DNA of 64,000 nucleotides from Candidatus Aenigmatarchaeota archaeon (GCA_026397315.1 JAPLVC010000004.1:64001-128000), one strand, 5' to 3'; counted from the stretch's first letter, positions 32,301-40,820 are shown. Notes: generated by a model from the sequence alone, not told the origin. Program-made: numbers and translations.

Positions 32301-33745
32301 ACGGCCTGATAGACGACGGCCTCGGCAATTGCGGATGCGCATTTGACATCGAAGACAACGTCAACAACATCAATCAGCTTTCCATCCTGATAAGCGCCAA
32401 GAAAGCGGGCGGCGAGACGTGCAACAACATAGACGACGACTGCAACGGAGCGGTGGACGACGGGCTCGGGAGCGAATGTTTCTGCTCGGGCGGCTTTGCA
32501 GGCAACGCGGCGACAAAGCCCGAATTCTGCAATGGTTTCGACGACGATTGCAACGGCGTCATTGACGACGTAACTTATCCTGAAACATGCGCCTGCTACA
32601 ACGGAACCGTCAAAGCAGGCAAGCAGGCGGAAATATGCGACGGCATCGATAACGATTGTAACGGGCTCGTCGACGAGGACTGGCCCATGCTCGGCAGCAT
32701 GTGCGGCGTCGGCGCCTGCTCGAACGGCGTTTACGAATGCCTGCCAAGCGGAACCGGAACCGCATGCTCGACCATGGAAGGCGGCTCGGATGACAAATCG
32801 AAAGACGAGGAATGCGGCAATAATATTGACGATAACTGCAACGCGGTCACGGACGAGAACTGCATCTGCGACGTGGCCGGCGAGACCAGGAAGTGCAGCT
32901 CCAACGTGGGCGAATGCAGGGAAGGCGTACAGACGTGCAGCGCTGACAAGGAATGGAGCGGTTGCATAGGCGGCGTGCTGCCTGCGATTGAAACGTGCAA
33001 CGGCAAGGACGACGACTGCAGCGGAGCGATAGACGATTTATCGGGCGGCAAATGCGGCTGCTACGGAGGGGCGTCGCCCAAGACTGAGTCGTGCAACGGC
33101 ATCGATGACGACTGTAACGGGGCGATAGACGATGTAAGCGGCAAGAGCTCAGTCGAAGCGACGCAGTGCGGCTGCTACGACAACGCTTACGCGAAGGGCG
33201 CTAAACCGGAGGCGTGCAACAGGATTGACGACGACTGCGACGAGATCATAGACAATGTTAAGGACGGCACTTCAGTCGAATCCGCGAGATGCGCCTGCTA
33301 CAACAACGGTTATGCAGGCGTTGAAAGCTGCAACGGCATAGACGACGACTGCGACGAGGCGACGGATGAGGACTGGCCGAACGTTGGTCAGGACTGCGGC
33401 CAGGGCATATGCACTTCGACTTTCGTATGCTCGCCCGACGGCAAGACGCTTTCATGCAATGGCGCAATGCCACAGACGGAAGTATGCGACGGCAAGGACA
33501 ACAACTGCAACGGGCTGGTCGATGAAGGATGCTTCGGCTCAGAGGTCGGCAGTTGCGAGAACATGGTGCAGGACAGCAACGAGGAAGGGATTGACTGCGG
33601 CGGCGTATGCCCGGTGGCATGCTCGGCCCAGCAGATCATAAATCCCGCATCCGGCTCGTGGATGATAGTCTTCGCCGCGCTTGTGGTAGTCATAGTCGCG
33701 GTAGGCATAGTCCTGGTGTTCATGAAACCGGGAGCGTCGGTTTAA
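26375..33745 (+). CDS. Giant (2456 aa) Cys-rich membrane-anchored surface protein with ~21 MopE-like (PF11617-type) repeats, DUF2341 and LamG-like domains
   Basis: Signal peptide; ExCNGxDDDCxGxxD repeats; KMRPDGGDLRI...YVYYGNP (DUF2341); WHHIAVTW...IDELAVY (LamG); EGIDCGGVC; C-terminal TM. Confidence 0.88.
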   Translation: MGRATFRGGLIVFSALLLSFFFVSVLPSLAYFAFDVPVVDNRDLGLFAKGEPMDFNINMTFDYPFPPAENATQLTAEVWRNGEMLQSKTLTLSKFLEKYKIASNGKYAFRPIYFNFSVFVEAKNVSYSPTTFTYGVRQSRRTPYENEDDKKWKVSGRIVQGTQYGFDIYNNYCSGPWDFNEQAWPVSRGYMCYRQAGDEECRKGGVSAIECKATYGSTGTAPCALCCSPRCQLSNTDCVCMKSGLNEDCDTENMPCTKFQQNPQQHWVTVQSTCCVEQEILGYTCSASINGICLKNNEAGSHEETIEISRGTWDEVSGETSWTAPVQKGAVLYFEVGDSRNVPNDPIASPAVPNMKWSSAHSWKFETYVIPTQSVNGKVLRVYPDDGMRYFFYKLDANNNWVPASTQNWSCVTGQFDNTVLADGKTPTKINGCPISLYMNKNSWYKLEFYLYNDPWGRSEGGGESSDSENPLGLRIEDYQTKSASLLDILGTGSIMSSEPPGDDGAVIGGSATVFANEGLKEIRDFKMFATTHSVDSCSSGVDCSMRAACGNSDYNGVKTNKYGWILNHAIYPFEWSDVGGVSTTKAGYITSTGKNGGEKMAIDAPSITPVNGYGRYKYTNMWFDDNTRHYIGGIYKCAKEWPSWAADCPEENNRYSYARGSDQIKCCYVSSTVTGTDQKVTIEYDTRYQYIINFLPGAGDKLCVASEYNAGSGAAMQTVYQSNYTNALCDTKTGSRCCYCRPGWGCKMDCSNELNMTASSKFALPFPAIGPFWEIKNARIRFEATEPPVVINLTSEGNAQDGWDIKANLGDRATLMLDKNYTIPLNLYNDFGLKAPDEMLTGARDTLRLSLNTSTTLSGFYIPFCRMENGNTRISCDYTFHTVDCTKEGVRSSYYDEETYPATKGKGACKAGVRTCVKLGENNLRWVYDTTNDMPVYPAPETCNGKDDDCNGLVDDVKTFDMIINEIISAGGKKNPYQVTKCACFMGAASSDERCNNIDDDCNGVVDDSSVTMWSNTCDSAVKQCVKEGSPYEWCKSLYNSTQCSLTQTQITVTGNVTVNTCTEKMRACMDNAHVLPSGTQVKFTYEECKQFYNNYSCFFNEKKIVALGDTCRCTLSNPQPETCNGVDDDCNNIIDDVENATTCGCAFLMNTSLVANLKASGDVSCDGIDSDCNGAIDDGAKNCACTGRPAIDVVEIKGKVKEMCDGIDNDCNGLTDEAFPQVGKPCGYGLCSGGIYVCGVHGDKAVCNTTVNPDETFNGKAIKLNYAETCDLRDNDCDYSIDEDCSCTPESAVKLCGYQSGIYYKDKTQLTQTCNQAMTELKKLITWAEAPENVKYRRMLTVRNNENVALENYPINFSLNTFMLNQTKKMRPDGGDLRILPADGEKNLDWNNSNPFVRAQTTIWFKASLPANQEKKFYVYYGNPTATYKPVTLSEVTGLTYGIGVFLLCHFEGTTACEGNMVPRYDNGVTFQSAQRELLGEVVDTQGAFINGFDKLTYPTSENFNKNRGTVMMWFYPEDVTEDHYLFYSTDLSGNPQFGLHFNENGTFFEAYDKLGNARRINGGIVNIGWHHIAVTWDNLKGTKIYMDGALRNSTSASWEANDIGVDVYVGGDGTSKTAYSLIDELAVYSQELDQASIREKMRYYKPYVTMGPEETLNETVATTETDVYEKCTVMLQNISADEAKKATILSLCDTVRICSKTDFPINSISECTFGVQTCASGQWAACTAVQPKTEVCNLKDDDCNGLIDDVAVPETCACSNGGEPGIELCNGIDDDCNGKIDDVRGMDTAFSTHCGCYDQIVNITQKNSEKETLCNAIDDNCDGTIDEGIEKCACAGTSFNSALNSVGPAVGEEKCDDVDNDCNMVIDDPWIQGGTSATKFDYLGAPCSPLSSRCVGGVFVCSKTATDMVCSTSSGDGIKGQDLRTNETCNLLDDDCNGKIDDIWGDISGKFCRCYNGVPRANETCNGIDDDCNGLIDDGLGNCGCAFDIEDNVNNINQLSILISAKKAGGETCNNIDDDCNGAVDDGLGSECFCSGGFAGNAATKPEFCNGFDDDCNGVIDDVTYPETCACYNGTVKAGKQAEICDGIDNDCNGLVDEDWPMLGSMCGVGACSNGVYECLPSGTGTACSTMEGGSDDKSKDEECGNNIDDNCNAVTDENCICDVAGETRKCSSNVGECREGVQTCSADKEWSGCIGGVLPAIETCNGKDDDCSGAIDDLSGGKCGCYGGASPKTESCNGIDDDCNGAIDDVSGKSSVEATQCGCYDNAYAKGAKPEACNRIDDDCDEIIDNVKDGTSVESARCACYNNGYAGVESCNGIDDDCDEATDEDWPNVGQDCGQGICTSTFVCSPDGKTLSCNGAMPQTEVCDGKDNNCNGLVDEGCFGSEVGSCENMVQDSNEEGIDCGGVCPVACSAQQIINPASGSWMIVFAALVVVIVAVGIVLVFMKPGASV

Positions 33746-33788
33746 TCGGAATTCAATACGGCAACGAGAACAGAATGGGTGTGTTGGA

Positions 33789-34205
33789 ATGAAGGGTATC
33801 TCACCTTTGGTAGCCACTATAATGCTGATAGCCTTCGCTCTTGCGGTTTCCGGCATGCTTTTCTCGTGGGTTTACCAGTTCACCTATGCACAGAGAGAGG
33901 AATTGCAGTTATGCTCCTCGGCACAGATATCCCTGAACAATGCATACTACAACCCGCAGACGGGCAACATCAACATGGTCGTTTATAATACAGGCGGCGT
34001 GCCGCTGACAGGCTTTGCCGTGCTCATATCGACTGACAAGAGTGCTGAAACGTCGAAAGACTTCGCGACAAAGGAAGTCGCAGTGAACGACATAGGCCTT
34101 TTCCCGGTGAAATACAGCGAAGGCGTCCGCTCGATAGTCGTGCAGTCCACGCAGTGCAGGAACGCGCAGGACATGATAAGCATCTATGACGTAGAGGGAT
34201 TGTGA
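33789..34205 (+). CDS. Archaeal type IV pilin-like protein
   Basis: Class III signal MKG|ISPLVATIMLIAFALA; VYNTG; paired Cys. Confidence 0.85.
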   Translation: MKGISPLVATIMLIAFALAVSGMLFSWVYQFTYAQREELQLCSSAQISLNNAYYNPQTGNINMVVYNTGGVPLTGFAVLISTDKSAETSKDFATKEVAVNDIGLFPVKYSEGVRSIVVQSTQCRNAQDMISIYDVEGL

Positions 34206-34271
34206 CTGTAAATCAATAGACTGCAATATATTATACTAAATAAAAAAATATAATATTGGAGAGTGAGGGCA

Positions 34272-35486
34272 ATGGATAAAGATAAAAACAGGGCAATGGC
34301 AGCGGTTTTTCTCGTTTTCATATCATGCGTTTTAATCACCATAAGCTTTTCATCGATCACCCAGGTATCGGCCGCGGTAAATATTGAAAAAACATGGGAC
34401 TGCTCCAGCGGCTTCTCATGTGGAAGCAATACAATGGGCCTGTGCACGTCTACACTAAAGCCGTATCTTTCCATGTTCAACAACCAGTATTCTTTCAGCC
34501 TTGCTGTCGAGAAGCCCGGCGCCTATACATGCACTGTAAAAGTGACTGCGAACCACTTCGACTTCCCAGATGGCAAGACGGACGAGCCGAACGAGGTGAC
34601 GGACGTCTCGCTTAACGGCATCACGATAGGCTCGACCGTGGACAGCTGGTGCCAGCCGGGCAGCGTGCCATGCGTCAACCCGGATGTGTGCACGACTTGC
34701 CTGTCATACGGATGCACGCAAAAATACAATGGCGACTGCCCTGACGGTTGCAGATGCCCGTGCAAGACGCCGTCCGAATCCGGCAATAGCATGAATGCCC
34801 TGCAAAGCAGCAGCGGCTCCTTCGGCGGCTCCATATGTTTCAATATAAAGAATCTCAACGCTCTGATAAATTCGGCGCACAGGGATGGCGAGGGAGCTGT
34901 TATAGCGTTCAGCAGCCCGAACAACAGGCAATATTTCGCCATAATACACGGTATTGGCGGGAGCATACTTTTCCACAGGTTCGGATTCTGCTTTGCATGC
35001 TCATGCACGAACTGGTGCGGCGTAGGCGGCGCTGGAACAATTACCGCCAGGGAAGGAGTCACGTATAAAATACAGAAGACAGGTCCGTACACACTGGCTT
35101 TTTCCGACGGCACAACAACCCTAACATATAATGCAGCCAATGACAATGACAACGGAGCGACCATACAACAAAAGTTCCGGAACGGCATAGAGTTATCGCA
35201 GTATTGCGTTGGTTCGGGATGCGCGTGGAATGGCCATCCTTTCTTCCCTTTCGTGGACGGCAATGCGGCAATTGAAATAGTCGATTGCAGCATCGGTGTA
35301 ATATGCGACAATGACGGCACATGCGATGTCGGCGAGAATCCCGTCAACTGCCCGAATGATTGCGGCGGAAACGACGGAGAATGCAAAAACATGGATGAAA
35401 GATGCAGCATATCGGCCGGCGATTGCTGCACCGGCTTAATCTGTATAAAGGTGGGGCCGGTCAATCGCTGCGTGCCGGCAGATTAA
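34272..35486 (+). CDS. Secreted Cys-rich protein A1 (conserved N-domain, variable domain, knottin-like tail)
   Basis: Signal peptide, no C-terminal TM; N-domain paralogous to 39034-40236. Confidence 0.8.
   Translation: MDKDKNRAMAAVFLVFISCVLITISFSSITQVSAAVNIEKTWDCSSGFSCGSNTMGLCTSTLKPYLSMFNNQYSFSLAVEKPGAYTCTVKVTANHFDFPDGKTDEPNEVTDVSLNGITIGSTVDSWCQPGSVPCVNPDVCTTCLSYGCTQKYNGDCPDGCRCPCKTPSESGNSMNALQSSSGSFGGSICFNIKNLNALINSAHRDGEGAVIAFSSPNNRQYFAIIHGIGGSILFHRFGFCFACSCTNWCGVGGAGTITAREGVTYKIQKTGPYTLAFSDGTTTLTYNAANDNDNGATIQQKFRNGIELSQYCVGSGCAWNGHPFFPFVDGNAAIEIVDCSIGVICDNDGTCDVGENPVNCPNDCGGNDGECKNMDERCSISAGDCCTGLICIKVGPVNRCVPAD
34592..34653 (+). repeat. 62-bp direct repeat, copy 1
   Basis: 61/62 identical to 39378-39439. 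Confidence 0.95.
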
Positions 35487-35623
35487 GGATAGTGCGGCGA
35501 CGGCCCCTGCGACACGGACGAAACCAGATTTAACTGCCAGTCAGACTGCGGGCAGGAACCGGCGTGACATCATTATAATTGAAATGCGTGTGAGCGCGTG
35601 ATATTGATCGGAGGTGTTGGTTG

Positions 35624-38600
35624 ATGAACAAGAAAATGGTGGCTGTTTTCAGCGTGTTTTTGTTAGCGGGGGTTTTGGCGTTTTTTGTAACGAGCGTTAA
35701 TTCGGAGGTATGCGAGGTATGCTCGGACGTGGAAAATACGTTCACCCTCGACGAGGTTGCGCTCGGCGCCACCAATACCATAACCCTGAAGGGCTACGAG
35801 AGCCACGGGCTCAAGTCGCTTTCAATAAGCTGCGAGCTCATTTGCGGCAGGCTGGGCGACTACTGCTGTTTCGACGTCTCCAAGAACAAGTGGAAATGCG
35901 CTTATGATTACCTCTATTGCAACCAGCCCAACGAGAACGGCAAATGTGTCGAGGACAAGATTCCGCCGTCCGTGGGCATAGTCGGTGTCCCATCGAGCGC
36001 AGTTTCGCCTCCGGGCGGCTCGTGCAGCGTTTATTCAGCAAGCGACGTGATTGCAAAGGTCGCTTGCACGGACGCTGAAACAGGCTGCGACAATTCGAAC
36101 CTCCTGCTCGAGATAGATGAAGTCAAAAAAGCCTCGTGCCCGCAAAACGAGAACAGTTATTTTTCCGTATCAACGAGCGGCTACCTTGCCAACAGGCCGT
36201 ATTACATCTGCGCCGCAGCGAAGGATCTTGCCGGAAACATAAACTACACCAAGACCCCAGTCCAGTTCTGCACCAGCACCGGCGAACCCATAAGGCCGTG
36301 GCTTTATGCTGAATCAGTAGGCGGCTCGATAATCAATCTCGTCTGGAGCCAGGCGGGCCTCAACTCGCCGAACTTCGACAGGTATGAACTGTATTATGAA
36401 AAGAACCCGCAGAAAGATAATTTCGACGTGAGCCCGCTTAACCTGAAAGCGACTATAAGGGAAGAAAAACTCGATAATTTTTACCAGGTGACCGGTCTCG
36501 AGAAAAACACCAAATACTGTTTCAGGGTCGTGGTCTTCGACAAGACCTCACCAAAAGCCCGCAACACCACATCTGACAGCCTTTGCCTGACGACCGTGGA
36601 ATGCAACCCCGGCGAAAAGACGCAGTGCTTCACCAGGGACTGGACGACTTATTACGGCGACGAGGTCTACCTGCCATCAGGCAGTCCCTGCATTGCAGGC
36701 GAGGCCACGTGCGACGGCGGCTACTGGAGCGCCTGCATGAACCAGGTCGGACCGTTCGAAGAAAAGTGCAATAACATCGACGACGACTGTGACGGCATGA
36801 CTGACATGGAGATTGATTATGTGGAATGGGGTTATGATTACGTGCCGCTGAAAAAACTATGCATAGGATTAGGCGAATGCGGCTACGGCTATGTGGAATG
36901 CCTGAACGGCCAGTGGCAGGGCGATGCCAAATGCAGCAGCTACTCGCTGGCTAAAACGGAGACATGCAACGGCCTTGACGACGACTGTGACGGCGTTGTT
37001 GATGACGTGGGCGGCGGCAATTCCATCATTTCGACCCGCTGCGGCTGCTACAACATAAACAACGACCCCACCGTGATGCCCAGCTCAGAAGTCTGCAACG
37101 GCATCGATGACGATTGTGACGGGACGATAGACAATGTCTTTGTCGGTTATTCCGCAACATCTTCCAGGTGCGCCTGCTACAACGGAGCAAAAACGCCAGG
37201 CCAGCAGCAGGAAACGTGCAATGAAATCGACGACGACTGTAACGGCGTCGTGGACGACGGCATGACTGGCAGCGAGGGATGGCTTGTGAAGCTCGGCAGT
37301 GGATGGCCTGACTGGTCTGAATACTGCGGCACAGGGACGCCTTGCGACGGCGGCCACTGGGAATGCAACGCCGGCGGAACGGGCGTAGTGTGCTCCACCA
37401 TAGGCGGCGGAGAGAATAAGGCAACGAACGAGACGTGCAACGGCATAGACGACGACTGCGACGGCAGCGTGGACGAGGGATGTGCCTGCTCGCCTCCCGG
37501 AAACTGGAGCACATGCGGCATCGACAAGGGAGAGTGCGCCCTTGGCCAGCGGCAATGCAGCAGCGAAGGCGTATGGGGCACGTGCATAGGGGACAAGAAA
37601 CCAAAGACGGAAATATGCAACGGCAAGGATGACAACTGTAACGGCGTGACCGACGATGTTTATGGCGGCAATTCAGTAAATTCGACTCAATGCCGCTGCT
37701 ACAACGGAGGGACGCCTTCTCAGGAATCCTGCAACGGCATAGACGACGACTGCGACGGCATCGTGGATGATGTAGTAACTGGCGGAAAGACAATCGCCGT
37801 GAATCGCTGCGGCTGCTACTTCAACGGCAGTTCTACGAGAGTCCTTCCAGGGCAAAATAAAGAAATATGCGACGACGTGGACAACGACTGCAACGGCGTC
37901 GTGGACGACCCGTGGAGCGGGAACCTCGGCAAAGACTGCGGCTACGGCGCTTGTGCGGGCGGCAAAATCGTCTGCAAGACGACCGGTAATGACACTGTTT
38001 GTTCGACCAACAGTCCTTACGGCATAGGCAATTCCACTGATAAAAGGAGCGTGGAGACATGCAACAGTCTCGACGACGACTGTGACGGCGTTGTTGATGA
38101 CGTGGGCGGGAAACAGTCAGCCGCCGAAGCCCAGTGCGGCTGCTACGGCGGAGCGGCCAAAAAAGACGAGTTCTGCAACAAGATAGACGACGACTGCGAC
38201 GGAGGGATTGACGAAAACCTGCTGTGCGCATGCTTCGCCGGCCAGAAAAAGGCCTGCGGCTCGGCCATAGGAGAATGCGAACTGGGCGAGGCCGAATGCA
38301 GCGGCGGCGTATGGGGCACGTGCACGGGCGGCAAAAAGCCTGCGAAAGAAACGTGCAACATGAAAGACGACGACTGCGACGGCATTATAGACAATGTTAA
38401 CAGCGGATATTCAGTCGAAGAGACTCAGTGCGGCTGCTACAACGGACGGAAACCAGCGGTTGAGAAGTGCGACGGCATAGACAACGACTGCAACGTCAAG
38501 ACAGACGACAACATCGACTGTAGCTGTGATGAGGGCGACGAGATGCAATGCGGCTCGAACGTCGGCGAGTGCACGCCCGGCCTTAAGAAATGCATAAACG

Positions 38601-39037
38601 GCAGATGGGGCGAATGCAGCGGAGGCGTGCTGCCCAAGAAGGAAGCGTGCAACGGCATCGACGACGACTGCAACGGCGTCATAGACGACGTGAACGGCGG
38701 CAACTCGGTCGGCTCTTCAAAATGCGCATGTTATAACAAGTTCTCCGTGCCAAACACGCAGGAAGAAGTGGCCAACGGCATAGACGACGACTGTGATGGA
38801 GCGATAGACGAGGGATATTCAAATGAACCCAGCCACTGCCAGAACGGCTTCAAGGACGGGGATGAGCAAGGCGTCGACTGCGGCGGCTCGTGCAGGAAGA
38901 TGTGCGCCCAGCCGATTCCCATGAATACTTGGATACTCATATTCGCCGTCATTGCGGGCGTGATAGCGGTCTTCGGTATATTCATAAGTTCTTTCTGGAA
39001 GAAAGAGACGAAGTCGCTGTTCGAAAGAGTTAAATGA
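35624..39037 (+). CDS. Membrane-anchored Cys-rich surface protein B (Ig-like, FN3-like, ~14 MopE-like repeats)
   Basis: GGAGGTG RBS and signal peptide; AKDLAGN, YQVTGLEKNTKYCFRV; repeats; QGVDCGGSC; C-terminal TM. Confidence 0.88.
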   Translation: MNKKMVAVFSVFLLAGVLAFFVTSVNSEVCEVCSDVENTFTLDEVALGATNTITLKGYESHGLKSLSISCELICGRLGDYCCFDVSKNKWKCAYDYLYCNQPNENGKCVEDKIPPSVGIVGVPSSAVSPPGGSCSVYSASDVIAKVACTDAETGCDNSNLLLEIDEVKKASCPQNENSYFSVSTSGYLANRPYYICAAAKDLAGNINYTKTPVQFCTSTGEPIRPWLYAESVGGSIINLVWSQAGLNSPNFDRYELYYEKNPQKDNFDVSPLNLKATIREEKLDNFYQVTGLEKNTKYCFRVVVFDKTSPKARNTTSDSLCLTTVECNPGEKTQCFTRDWTTYYGDEVYLPSGSPCIAGEATCDGGYWSACMNQVGPFEEKCNNIDDDCDGMTDMEIDYVEWGYDYVPLKKLCIGLGECGYGYVECLNGQWQGDAKCSSYSLAKTETCNGLDDDCDGVVDDVGGGNSIISTRCGCYNINNDPTVMPSSEVCNGIDDDCDGTIDNVFVGYSATSSRCACYNGAKTPGQQQETCNEIDDDCNGVVDDGMTGSEGWLVKLGSGWPDWSEYCGTGTPCDGGHWECNAGGTGVVCSTIGGGENKATNETCNGIDDDCDGSVDEGCACSPPGNWSTCGIDKGECALGQRQCSSEGVWGTCIGDKKPKTEICNGKDDNCNGVTDDVYGGNSVNSTQCRCYNGGTPSQESCNGIDDDCDGIVDDVVTGGKTIAVNRCGCYFNGSSTRVLPGQNKEICDDVDNDCNGVVDDPWSGNLGKDCGYGACAGGKIVCKTTGNDTVCSTNSPYGIGNSTDKRSVETCNSLDDDCDGVVDDVGGKQSAAEAQCGCYGGAAKKDEFCNKIDDDCDGGIDENLLCACFAGQKKACGSAIGECELGEAECSGGVWGTCTGGKKPAKETCNMKDDDCDGIIDNVNSGYSVEETQCGCYNGRKPAVEKCDGIDNDCNVKTDDNIDCSCDEGDEMQCGSNVGECTPGLKKCINGRWGECSGGVLPKKEACNGIDDDCNGVIDDVNGGNSVGSSKCACYNKFSVPNTQEEVANGIDDDCDGAIDEGYSNEPSHCQNGFKDGDEQGVDCGGSCRKMCAQPIPMNTWILIFAVIAGVIAVFGIFISSFWKKETKSLFERVK

Positions 39038-40236
39038 TCGCACAGGCGCGCGAGGGTTTGAAAAGCATGAAAAGGGATAGAGTCTTAGCTTGGTCTTTCA
39101 TTTTAATCACAGCTGCGGCTGCAGCTTTGCTCACAACCGCTTTAATGCCCGCGAATTCCAGGGCAAGCGCAACGACGACCATAGACAAGACCTTCACATG
39201 TTCTGACGGCTTCACTTCAGGCTGTTTCAAGACAGGATGCATGGCCGAGAGACAGCTCAAGATGAGCAATAACCAATACACTCTTGCTTTCACCGCGCCG
39301 AAGGCTGGTGATTACATGTGCACGATAACAGCGGTGACCAATCACTTTGATTTCCCTGAAGGGGGGTCTGAGACCAGCGAGGTGACGGACGTCTCGCTTA
39401 ACGGCATCAAGATAGGCTCGACCGTGGACAGCTGGTGCCCGCCTGGCGGGACTACCAATCCTCCGATGCCCAAATGCGACCTGAATATCGAATGCTGTGG
39501 TCCAAGGGCATCGACACTCGATTGTAACAGATATCCTGAGAGCAGTGTGAGCTGCACGGAGCCGAAGCTCCTTTGCGACGATGACCCGATGAGCTTAGCC
39601 GCTATTACTAGCAGCGGCAAGGAAATAACCATGAGCCTCGAGAACTGCAAGCCCGGTGCCGTGGCTTTCGTAAGGCAAGGCAATTTCAAACCCCGCTGCC
39701 AGAACTGGCAGTTCACCACGGGCAGTGGCATCCGCTGCCCGGTAAGCGATTCCATAACCGGCGGCAAGCTGATAGCGACTTATGACTGCAGCAAAACGCG
39801 CAATTACAACATCAATCTGGATTTCCTTGTAGTCGGTAAAAGTTATACCTTGGGTGTTTGGGCTCCGTTCACGGCAACTGGCTGGAGCAGCATCAACGTC
39901 TGCGCGACAGGCATTTCTCCTTATTATTCTGAAACAAAGACCGACACGGGCGACGGCATATGCATGGGCGTCACGCCGCCAGTTAACTGCGGCAACGGGG
40001 TGATAGACGCAGGCGAGGAGTGCGACGGCAGCAACCTTAACGGCAAAACGTGCGCCAGCTTCGGATATGATGCAGGCACGCTCGCCTGCAGTAGCAGTTG
40101 CAAGTTTGACAAATCAGACTGCCTCGAATGCAAGCGTCAAGACGAAATATGCAGCATAGGGGAACACGACTGCTGCCCTGGTCTTGTGTGCACAAAATCA
40201 GGCTCACGTAATTATTGCATGGCTGAAGTCGAATGA
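39034..40236 (+). CDS. Secreted Cys-rich protein A2 (paralog of A1 with a different variable domain)
   Basis: Signal peptide (start may be 39067); NNQY, NHFDFP, EVTDVSLNGI.IGSTVDSWC shared with A1; CGNGVIDAGEECDGSNL motif. Confidence 0.8.
   Translation: MIAQAREGLKSMKRDRVLAWSFILITAAAAALLTTALMPANSRASATTTIDKTFTCSDGFTSGCFKTGCMAERQLKMSNNQYTLAFTAPKAGDYMCTITAVTNHFDFPEGGSETSEVTDVSLNGIKIGSTVDSWCPPGGTTNPPMPKCDLNIECCGPRASTLDCNRYPESSVSCTEPKLLCDDDPMSLAAITSSGKEITMSLENCKPGAVAFVRQGNFKPRCQNWQFTTGSGIRCPVSDSITGGKLIATYDCSKTRNYNINLDFLVVGKSYTLGVWAPFTATGWSSINVCATGISPYYSETKTDTGDGICMGVTPPVNCGNGVIDAGEECDGSNLNGKTCASFGYDAGTLACSSSCKFDKSDCLECKRQDEICSIGEHDCCPGLVCTKSGSRNYCMAEVE
39378..39439 (+). repeat. 62-bp direct repeat, copy 2
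   Basis: 61/62 identical to 34592-34653. Confidence 0.95.
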
Positions 40237-40269
40237 TACTGTGGCAACGACGTATTACGGTTAAATAAA

Positions 40270-40764
40270 TCAAGGCAGCCTGATATCGGAAAGCAGCGTC
40301 ATATATCTGTCCAAGCGCTTTATTTCCTTTTCTAGCATTTCTATCGCCCTGAGGACGTCTTTCTTGTCCTCGCCGTGCATATCCCTTAGCTGCGATTTAG
40401 CGTTCTCGAAGTCCGCCAGCGAGCCCGATATGCCTTTCTTCACGCGCATTAGAAATATCTTCTTGAGCGACTCGAGCAGGTTGCCGTTCAGCTCGATGTA
40501 AAGCCTGCGATCCTGCGACTTCTTCACTTTCCTGACTATGCCCAGTACTTCAAGGAAGTCCATGCTCAGGGAAATCATGGATATCGAATAGCCCGTCTTA
40601 CTGGCAATGTCCTGGAGCGACATGGAGCCGCCGCCTATGATGAGTGCCCCTATTATATTGCCATGTATTGGGGAGAAACCGATAGACTTCGCCAGCTCGG
40701 AGAACGTTTCCAGGATCTTCTTTTCCACGTCCTGGACGCCTTTGCCTGCATCGTGCTCTTCCAT
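40270..40764 (-). CDS. GbsR/MarR-family HTH transcriptional regulator
   Basis: G.S...G.I.G.L.....MSLQDIASKTGYSISMISLSM..L...G.V...DRRLY. Confidence 0.85.
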   Translation of the reverse strand: MEEHDAGKGVQDVEKKILETFSELAKSIGFSPIHGNIIGALIIGGGSMSLQDIASKTGYSISMISLSMDFLEVLGIVRKVKKSQDRRLYIELNGNLLESLKKIFLMRVKKGISGSLADFENAKSQLRDMHGEDKKDVLRAIEMLEKEIKRLDRYMTLLSDIRLP

Positions 40765-40820
40765 GCGCTATCAACCTGACAGGGTAAAATTTATAAACCC
40801 TTTGATTTAATTAATACTTG

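Noticed and set aside
29190-38820. CRISPR-like periodic repeats (tgcaacggcatagacgacgactgc)
   Set aside because: They are in-frame codons of protein repeats with synonymous variation and irregular spacing; no cas genes
34592-39439. Diversity-generating retroelement TR/VR pair
   Set aside because: No reverse transcriptase in the window; only one mismatch in the block, and flanking differences are not adenine-specific
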